DNA of 64,000 nt from Eledone cirrhosa (taxonomy: Eukaryota), in contig OZ024743.1 of the NCBI GenBank assembly GCA_964016885.1, positions 69,564,001 through 69,628,000 on the forward strand, read 5' to 3'. Made by a program: the position numbers and the translations under genes. This document shows positions 55,369-64,000 of this stretch, piece after piece. Every line of letters begins with the position of its first letter. Position 1 is the first letter of the stretch. The notes beneath the pieces are model-generated. The model saw nothing but the letters and a program-made list of their open reading frames with translations. It had not been told where the DNA came from and did no database searches.

Positions 55369-55748
55369 CACCCTCCCCCCATATATATATATTTATATAT
55401 ATAGGGATGCAATAGGACGTTATGTATTAAAATATTTACAACTTTCTTTGAATATAATTGGAAAAGATCACTTTGTCTTTAACATCGTAACAAGTTTGTT
55501 ATCGGTATCTTTGCCGTTTAATGTCCTATTAATATTTCTGTAGCCCTCTAACAAGCATTATTTGCTGCACTTACTTCAATACTTGCAGTCAACCAGATCA
55601 TTATATTATATTAACAACACGTAGGAATCCCAACGGAAGAAAACTTTAACCACATTCGATTGCTTAGAAAGTCGGGTAAAATACCCCCTTTTAGAAGGAC
55701 ATGAGCGGCACTGGCCACGACGAATCGAATTCTATAAAGTTTATTATG

Positions 55749-55805
<57 letters not shown>

Positions 55806-55877
55806 GGTAAACAGGCGCAACAAAGCAAACGACACAGAACTTTGAAGAAATATATTAGTTTATATATATATGTATAG

Positions 55878-56038
55878 CGTATTTCGCCAAAAACGTTTCG
55901 TCCTCGAGGACGCATCCTAATTTTAACAACAAAAATATGAAAAAAAATAATAAACAACGTTCGGCCTCCAGAACGCACGGTAGCTTTTTGAGATTTATCT
56001 TAGAAAAAAAGTAGCGTCATCGACGCCGGGAAACACAC
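55878..56038. mobile_element. pogo/Tc2-like MITE remnant
   Basis: CGTATTT..GACGCA / TAGCGTC..CGCCGGGAAA ends. An inverted relative lies at 59512-59783. Confidence 0.55.
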
Positions 56039-56927
56039 CATTATGGCATTAAGTTAAATAAGGCCACATGATTTATTGTTGTTGTTGTTTCTATAGCTGA
56101 CCTACTATATTGGCGTCGTGGCTAATATAAGTACACACCCATTCGGACCACAAACCCCATTCTCGACATTTTTCCTCTTATGATCTTTTGTTCATAGGTC
56201 TCCTCCCTTTGCCTCAATAACTTTCCGATGTTATGATGTAATTAGATGTAAATTTAGGTACTACTTCTAACAGGTCAAGCGATAAAACACACGCTCATTT
56301 TATAGTTTGTCTCATAGGCGTCCTTGTTGTGACCATTCAGGTTTTGTTTTTCCTTTAGACAATATATTTCGGATCACATTATGAACATTACCCAAATATT
56401 TTATGGATTTTTATTTCCTAAATCTAGCAGCTTTATGACTTGACTTAAGCTTGTTACATAACTATTGTTTCACAATCTAGCTAATTTTATTTCCTACTCT
56501 CCTCAATCTTCACTCACCACCTCAACAGCGTGTGAATTTATTTCTACATCATTATCTGTCTTAATATAGCAACAGAAAACTTTAATCACATCGTGAATTA
56601 AATTAATCAATAGCCATAATATGTGAGATTTTTGTGTTGTTTCTGCAGTAGAAAATATAACATCTTCGTTAACAAGGATTGGATTTTAGCGATACTGAGG
56701 AGAGTTAAATTGAAAGATCTTTCCTAACTGTATAATTATCGAACATGGGAAGATCCAAAGAAAAATTGAGGCAGATGACGGCTAAAGTTAGTAATAAGTT
56801 CTGGTTACAGTGTAGCAGCAACTGAGCTATTTTGGTTACAGAGTCGCAGCAGCTGAACTATATACATACTGCCCCTTCTTCAATGACTATAAGAGTCATT
56901 GAGGAAGAGACATTATGTATATATGTA

Positions 56928-57322
56928 TGTGATGAATTAACAAGTCAGTCAATCATATCGGTGGCCTCCCCACAGCCCTGGCGGACAGAATGGAGAAGGC
57001 GTTTCCCCGGAGAACGGCAAGGGAGACGCGCAGGAGGAGCCATTCCAGCTGGCGAGGCTCACATCTGCGGCTGGTCAGCTCAGCGCCTATGGTGGTGAGT
57101 AGGGAGGTAGCTCTAGGGCCGAAGACACCAGAAGTCTCCACTGCCAAGGGTACAACCGCAAACCTGTCGGAGAGCGACCGGTATTTGAAGAGTTTGGCTT
57201 CCTCAGTCCGACGTGCATCAGAACCTGGGTTAATCACAGACTGCCCCAGGTTGCGGCTGGAGAAAGTGTCGGTGCAAGTGGCACCCCAGAGGAGGGGCCT
57301 GCGATCGCGGAACGGGAAGGTT
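56928..57322 (-). mobile_element. CRE-like RLE 3' fragment, second copy
   Basis: EEAKLFKYRSLSDRFAVVPLAVETSGVFGP..RVSLAVLRGNAFSIL; homologous to 26222-26612. Confidence 0.8.
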
Positions 57323-57991
57323 ACAGAATAACAGCAGCTGAACTATTCTGTTTAGAGTCGCAGCGGCTCAAGGAAATATTCGAGAGGTCTTCCGCTTCGT
57401 CGTGTCCACCAACGAAACACTTGTTAGTTCGTAGCCGCCAAAGAGCAGACAGTGTCGTTTAACCTGCTAACAATAACAGCCAAATCTCTCTCAAATCAAA
57501 TCCCACCGTATTTTGCAACAAAGGGTTTTCTAACATTACATATACCAATGTAAATGTAGTGATAGTCAACTGTGAAAAGACGGGTTGGTCATGGTAGGAA
57601 ATATGGCTGTTAAGATGGAGGTGACAATATGAGGAGAGTATGAGTGTATGAGTGAGTATCTGTGTGTGTGTGTGTATGAGAGAGTATGTGTGTGTATGAG
57701 AGACTATCTGTGTGTGTGTGAGCGAGAGAGAATGAGATAGTGAGGGAGAGTGAGAGATGGAGGTGTGAACATGATAGATTTTGCACTAGTAATTAAAGAG
57801 AGGACAGAGAGAATGAGGGAATGGAGAGTGAGAGAGTGAGGTACATCTAGATTTTGTAAGAGAAAGCGAAATGCAGAGAGAGAGGGAGAGTGTGTGTGTG
57901 TGTGTGTGTGCGTATGTGTTTGTGGGTGAGAGAGAGATTCGCAGAGCAGGATAGAATAACACATTGAGAGAGTAAGAATGTGTTTGTGTGT

Positions 57992-58113
<122 letters not shown>

Positions 58114-58388
58114 TTGTGTGTGTGCGTGTGCTTGTGTGTGTGTGTGTGATGTGGGCAGGGTGCGATGTGAAAGGTAATGTGTTCCATAAGTAATTCAGCT
58201 GTAAAATTAATAGGACACGATCTACACTGAAAGAGGAAGACGAGACATAAACTAAGATATTAAGGCAATGCGAGTGTGTTGAAGGAAACGAACTAAACCT
58301 TTGATCTTGTTTCCCTACAAAACTAACTTTGTTGTAAGTCACCAAACCAGCTGATCTGCATCCAATTATTGTTATGCTATTCTCGGTC

Positions 58389-58680
58389 GTGAAGGCCCGT
58401 GGCCTATTGGTTAGAGCATTGGGCTTGCAATCGAAAGGTTGTGAGTTCAATTCTCGAACCGGGTGATGTGTTATTTCCTTGAGCAAGACACTTTATTTCA
58501 CGTTGCTCCAGTTTACTCAGCTGTAGAAATGAGATGATAGGACTAGGGTCCCTATCATTAAATCACCCAAGACACATCCAACGAGATATACCTTGGAGGA
58601 GGCCAGCTAAACCTTCGTAGGTGTGAGCTGTCACACACACACACACACTCACATAGGTGTGAGCTGTCACACGCACACAC
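58389..58680 (+). mobile_element. SINE family B with duplicated 3' tail
   Basis: Full copy; TAGGTGTGAGCTGTCACAC is repeated after the (CA)n tail. Confidence 0.88.
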
Positions 58681-58828
58681 TCAGTCGAGCTTCAGATCTA
58701 AATTTCACTATAAATAGAGACGTTACTGTTATAAGATACACGTTGCAATAGCTTTATCGTTTAGCTTTCTCATATAACCACTGTTTGTCGTCTTTGTTAT
58801 AAAGAAATACTGTATTATTGTTGTTACA

Positions 58829-60015
58829 GGGTTAGCAGGAATGGGTAGAGCGTCGGGAAACATGCTTCGCGGCATAGAGATTCGGCCTTTACTTCCTGAT
58901 TTCAAATCCCGCCGAGGTTTGCTATGCCTTTCAGCGATACGATAAATAAAGTACCAGTAACGCACTGGGTCGGATTACTCGACTTTCCCCTCCTCACAAA
59001 TTGTGACTAAATCAGAAACCATTATTGATGTTGTTGCTGTTGTTCTTCTTGTTGTTGCTGCTGTTATTGTTGTTGCTGTTGCCATTGTTATTGTTGTTGT
59101 TGTTGTTGCAGTTGTTATTGTTGTTGTTGTTGCAGTTGTTATTGTTGTTGCAGTTGTTATTGTTGTTGTTGTAGTTGTTATTGTTGTTGTTTTTGCAGTT
59201 GTTATTGTTCTTGTTGCAGTTGCTATTGTTGTTGTTGTTGTTGCAGTTGTTGTTGTTGTTGCTGTTGTTGTTGTTGTTGTTGCTGTTATTGTTGGAGGAG
59301 GAGATTTGACAGTCTTAAGAGCGTAGGCGGGCTGTGCATTGGTGAAATCGTTGGAGCGTAGAGGAGAAAAAGTTTGCAGCAATTTTCCGGTTCTTTGGGT
59401 TCTGATTTCGAATCTCGCCGACGTCCACTTTGCCTTTCTTCTTTCCATCTTTCTGAGATTGATAAGATAGAGGACCAGTAAATTACTAGTGTCAACATAA
59501 TCGACAATATGCTGTATTTCCTGGAGTCGAAGACGCTACTTTTTTCCTAAAATAAGTCTCAAAAATCTTCCACGCCTCCTGGAGGCCGAAGGTTGTTTAC
59601 TCTTTTACCCTTTTACTTGTTCCAGCCATCCGGCTGAGGCCATGCTGGGGCACCGCCTTTGAAAGTATTTATGCATCGGCCGGGAACATTTGTTGATGTT
59701 TATCATTTCTTTTTTAACTTGTTGGTTGTCAAAATAAGGGTGCGTCCTCGAGGACGAAGCGTCTTTGGCGACGGATAATACGATATCCCCTATGAAACTC
59801 TTGTGCCAAGGTAAGAAACAATTAAGGGCGGTGGATTAGCAGTATTGCTAGAGCCTTGAACGAAATACTTCTTAATATTTGCTTCCGGCTCTTTACGACC
59901 TGAGTTCAGATCCCACTGAGGTTAAATTTATCTTTCTTTCTTTCCGAGTGGATAAAATAATCGACATCCCCTTTCTCCTAAATTACTGGCCTTGTGGCAA
60001 TATTAGCAATAATTA
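58829..60015 (+). mobile_element. Cluster of three diverged SINE family A copies, a (GTT)n tract and a MITE remnant
   Basis: SINE cores at ~58829-59026, ~59325-59490 and ~59826-60015; MITE at 59512-59783. Confidence 0.7.
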
Positions 60016-60199
60016 AGAGTATTGTTGTTCTTACATTGGCTGAGCAGTTCGACCATGGGAGGGCGCTGTATTAGCTAAGACGTTATAGAGTAGGACAAAA
60101 TACTTTGCAGCATTTATTGAAGTTCACTAAGTCTTGTATTCAAGTCGGCCGAAGTCAACTTTACCTTACGTTAACGTTTCTCTATGTTATATATATATA

Positions 60200-61022
60200 T
60201 GAGAGACGTAAAATAAGAACATTTTAAAAATTAAAAATTAACTTACTTACTAAAATTTTCACTCCAACTAATTAGTTTCTGTAATGGGATAAAGATAGTT
60301 ACGCAATATAACCATCGAGAATTCATTACGTCATCAGGGAGTCTATTCTCAGCTAAGTCTCCAGGGAATGCGCAGACACTAGGGACTCATAAAAAAATAA
60401 TAATTCGGTGGATGGAACAGCTAGCGGGGACTAAATTACATAGCACTGAAAAAGTTCACTGTCTCTGGTCAAGTGGCAGATTCTAAAGAATCAATCACGT
60501 GACACTGAAGCTAGTCAGAAGGAGTGGGATGGTATTATGACAAGAGCCTACTACTACTACAATGAATTAGTAGTGGATTTGGCAAGTTTGCTCAACAAAT
60601 AAATAATTTGGAGATAAATATAGAGAATTAGTATATTTACCAACATATGCGTACAGATGTACACTAATGCTAGCAAATACATAAGTTATATCAAAATACC
60701 TAGGTGGTTCAATGCAGGGGGATGTAGAACGATTATATGAAAGACGTAAAATAAGAAAATTTTAAAAATTAAAAATTAACTCAGTGCTATGGAATTTAAT
60801 CCCCGCTAGCTGTTCCATCCACCGAATTATTATTTTTATATGAGTCCCTAGTGTCCGCGCATTGCCTGGAGACTTAGCTGAGAATAGACTCCCTGATGAC
60901 GTAATGAATTCTCGATGGTTACATCCCCCTGCATTGAACCACCTAGGTACTTTGACATAACTTATGTATTTGCTAGCATTAGTGTACATCTGTACGCATA
61001 TGTTGGTAAATATACTAATTCT
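60200..61022 (-). mobile_element. Penelope-like pLTR with rearranged inverted partial copy
   Basis: 60781-60920 and 60920-61022 are reverse complements of ~60310-60450 and ~60625-60725. 60737-60780 repeats 60200-60243. Minus-strand HIIVLHPPALN resembles a GIY-YIG C-terminus (weak). Confidence 0.7.
60261..60342 (-). ncRNA. Type I hammerhead motif
   Basis: Minus strand ACTCC-CTGATGA-cGTAATG...CATTACa-GAAA-CTAATTAG-TT-GGAGT with palindromic helix III. Confidence 0.72.
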
Positions 61023-61103
61023 ATATATATACATTATGAAGAGAGAAGAAACATTTAGATATAATTATTAATAAAATGTATCATACCTAAACTGCTCCTA
61101 AAT

Positions 61104-61193
61104 TCCTCGACTACGTAGTTTCGTGGCATAAACAAAAACAATATATCATAAAGATATAGAGTCCTTGCGAGGTCTGCCGACTTATCAAGAGGA
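61104..61193 (-). ncRNA. Type I hammerhead, U3-A8 variant (inverted copy)
   Basis: Reverse complement of 62236-62325. Confidence 0.75.
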
Positions 61194-61640
61194 TACCTCA
61201 TTTTACTAGTCTCAAGAACGCGTCTACACGACGTGAGAAAGAATCCCAAAAGGCGGAGGGGGAGATAGTCACGCGATATAACGGTCGAGAAACAGAGCTA
61301 AGCCTCTTATAACCCCGAAGAAAATACCACGGAGGCGGAGGGGCATTCATGTATCTGTGTGTTTCTAAATATATTGTTAATAACTCCCTCTGGTCGAGCA
61401 ATCTTTGAAGTGTGGGGACAGCTGGAAAGCTTCCATTACTCATACTTCTCGCCTTCTTCACCACCTCTTCTACGGCCTCGATATGAATACCCCCTCCGCC
61501 TCCGTGGTATTTTCTTCGGGGTTATAAGAGGCTTAGCTCTGTTTCTCGACCGTTATATCGCGTGACTATCTCCCCCTCCGCCTTTTGGGATTCTTTCTCA
61601 CGTCGTGTAGACGCGTTCTTGAGACTAGTAAAATGAGGTA

Positions 61641-61730
61641 TCCGCTTGATAAGTCGGCAGACCTCGCAAGGACTCTATATCTTTATGATATATTGTTTTT
61701 GTTTATGCCACGAAACTACGTAGTCGAGGA
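61641..61730 (+). ncRNA. Type I hammerhead, U3-A8 variant (one stem I mismatch)
   Basis: TCCGC-TTGATAA-GTCGGCA...TGCCAC-GAAA-CTACGTAG-TC-GAGGA. Confidence 0.7.
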
Positions 61731-62235
61731 ATTTAGGAGCAGTTTAGGTATGATACATTTTATTACTAATTATATCTAAATGTTTCTTCTCTCTTCATAA
61801 TGTATTTTTAACTCTGATACTGGTTCAGTCTAGTTCAACTGAATTGGTATGTCCCAGTCATTCATTGAGCAACATCGGTGAAGTTGGCACCCTTAACTCA
61901 CAGTTGGGTGCGGATGCATTCATGTATATATGTGTGTGTCCGCATGTATCTGTGTGTTTCTAAATATATTGTTAATAACTCCCTCTGGTCGAGCAATCTT
62001 TGAAGTGTGGGGACAGCTGGAAAGCTTCCATTACTCATACTTCTCGCCTTCTTCACCACCTCTTCTACGGCCTCGATATGAATACCCCCTCCGCCTCCGT
62101 GGTATTTTCTTCGGGGTTATAAGAGGCTTAGCTCTGTTTCTCGACCGTTATATCACGTGACTATCTCCCCCTCCGCCTTTTGGGATTCTTTCTCACGTCG
62201 TGTAGACGCGTTCTTGAGACTAGTAAAATGAGGTA

Positions 62236-62325
62236 TCCTCTTGATAAGTCGGCAGACCTCGCAAGGACTCTATATCTTTATGATATATTGTTTTTGTTTA
62301 TGCCACGAAACTACGTAGTCGAGGA
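62236..62325 (+). ncRNA. Type I hammerhead, U3-A8 variant
   Basis: TCCTC-TTGATAA-GTCGGCA...TGCCAC-GAAA-CTACGTAG-TC-GAGGA; predicted cleavage after C62320. Confidence 0.78.
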
Positions 62326-62567
62326 ATTTAGGAGCAGTTTAGGTATGATACATTTTATTACTAATTATATCTAAATGTTTCTTCTCTCTTCATAATGTAT
62401 TTTTAACTCTGATACTGGTTCAGTCTAGTTCAACTGAATTGGTCTGTCCCAGTCATTCATTGAGCAACATCGGTGAAGTTGGCACCCTTAACTCACAGTT
62501 GGGTGCGGATGCATTCATGTATATATGTGTCCCCCCGCATGTATCTGTGTGTTTCTAAATATATTGT

Positions 62568-62601
<34 letters not shown>

Positions 62602-62694
62602 AACAATGAGTTATATGGTTTGTTGATTATTATTCAATAGAGTTAATTTTATAACAGAATTGAAGCACTCTACACTATTTATCTGGAGTATTAT

Positions 62695-63017
<323 letters not shown>

Positions 63018-63379
63018 ACATAGTGTTATACTTGGGGAGGGTCATATTGTTGTATTAATATTGCCAGAAATAATAACAGAACACATTCACTTGGTTTTCG
63101 CTTCTGTATCTTTTATTTGTTAATTTATTAGTTAATTTATTTGGCAATCAATGTTTATCATTGATTGACCAACGGTTAAAAGTACAGATATAAATATATA
63201 TAGTCTATCAAAGTTCTTTCGTTGCACATCTGCAACATCATCAGTGGTACTGTTATGTTCCCTCCTATTGTATTGTAATCTCTACGCCATATAAGGGCGT
63301 TAAGCAGAAGTTCACGATAAAGTTAAATTTGTTTATATATATATATATATATATATATACGGTTACCCACTGTCTGTAT

Positions 63380-63429
<50 letters not shown>

Positions 63430-63514
63430 GGTGCACTCTCCGATCTGTGTAAGATGTGACCTAGAAGTTCTGTATGCTGCCCCCGACCAACCATATATTT
63501 ATATTGTTGTTGAC

Positions 63515-63813
63515 CTTACTATTGTTCTTGCTGTTGTTATTGATGTTGTTAATGTTTCCATTGTTGATGTTTTTGTTACTTATGTTGTTGGTGTTGTTGC
63601 TCGTGTTGTTGTTGTTGGTGTTGTTGACGTTGTTGTTGTTGTTGTCGTTGTTCTTATTATTGTTGTTGCTGACGTTGTTGTTGCTGATGTTGCTGGTGTT
63701 GTTGCTGATGTTGTTGCTGTTGTTGATGGTTTCGTTGATGTTGTTGTTGATGCTGCCGCTGTTGCGGTTTTGATGTTGTTGTTGATATTGTTTGATGTTG
63801 TTGTTGTTGATTT

Positions 63814-63852
<39 letters not shown>

Positions 63853-64000
63853 ATGATGCTGCTGCTAAGGCTGATGCGGATGTTAGTATTCCTGATGTTG
63901 TTGTTGATGCTGTTGTTATTGTTATCATTGTTGATATTGTTGATCTTGCTGTTGATGTTGTTGTTGTTGATGTTTTTTTGTTGTTGTTGACGTTGTTGCT
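63515..64000. repeat. Degenerate (GTT/GAT/GCT)n trinucleotide tract
   Basis: Direct inspection. Confidence 0.9.

Larger units (their letters stand above)
61031..62568. mobile_element. Retrozyme-like element: inverted partial unit (61031-61343) plus two tandem 595-bp units
   Basis: Direct repeat with period 595 (e.g. 61585 vs 62180) and very few differences; no credible ORF; (TA)n on both flanks. Confidence 0.88.

Noticed and set aside
61055-62374. Repeated 64-88 aa ORFs in the 595-bp unit
   Set aside because: Mostly non-ATG starts with no motifs, and the 25228 copy has a 2-nt deletion that breaks the frame; the unit is better explained as structured RNA.

Overview
Repeat-saturated, AT-rich animal DNA. 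The SINE and LINE families resemble octopus repeats as I recall them, so the species assignment is inference. I found no host protein-coding gene. Mobile elements: (1) a near-intact RTE-clade LINE (-, ~21539-25177) with a PHD-type finger inside the RT domain and one in-frame stop; (2) a frameshifted Tx1/L1-clade LINE joined tail-to-tail, twice, to an (AAT)n-tailed R4/Dong-like element; (3) CRE-like and decayed RTE fragments; (4) a decayed RepHel Helitron and a non-autonomous Helitron; (5) small Tc1/mariner-type MITEs; (6) two abundant tRNA-derived SINE families. There are also 25-, 45- and 65-bp minisatellites. The most striking signal is a dense set of about 15 type I hammerhead ribozyme motifs from several short non-coding repeat families, mostly embedded in (TA)n. 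Two of these families form greater-than-unit-length tandems (595 nt and 321 nt) and use the rare compensatory U3-A8 core, consistent with retrozyme-like circular-RNA retroelements mobilised by Penelope-like elements. All structures were read by eye and boundaries are approximate.
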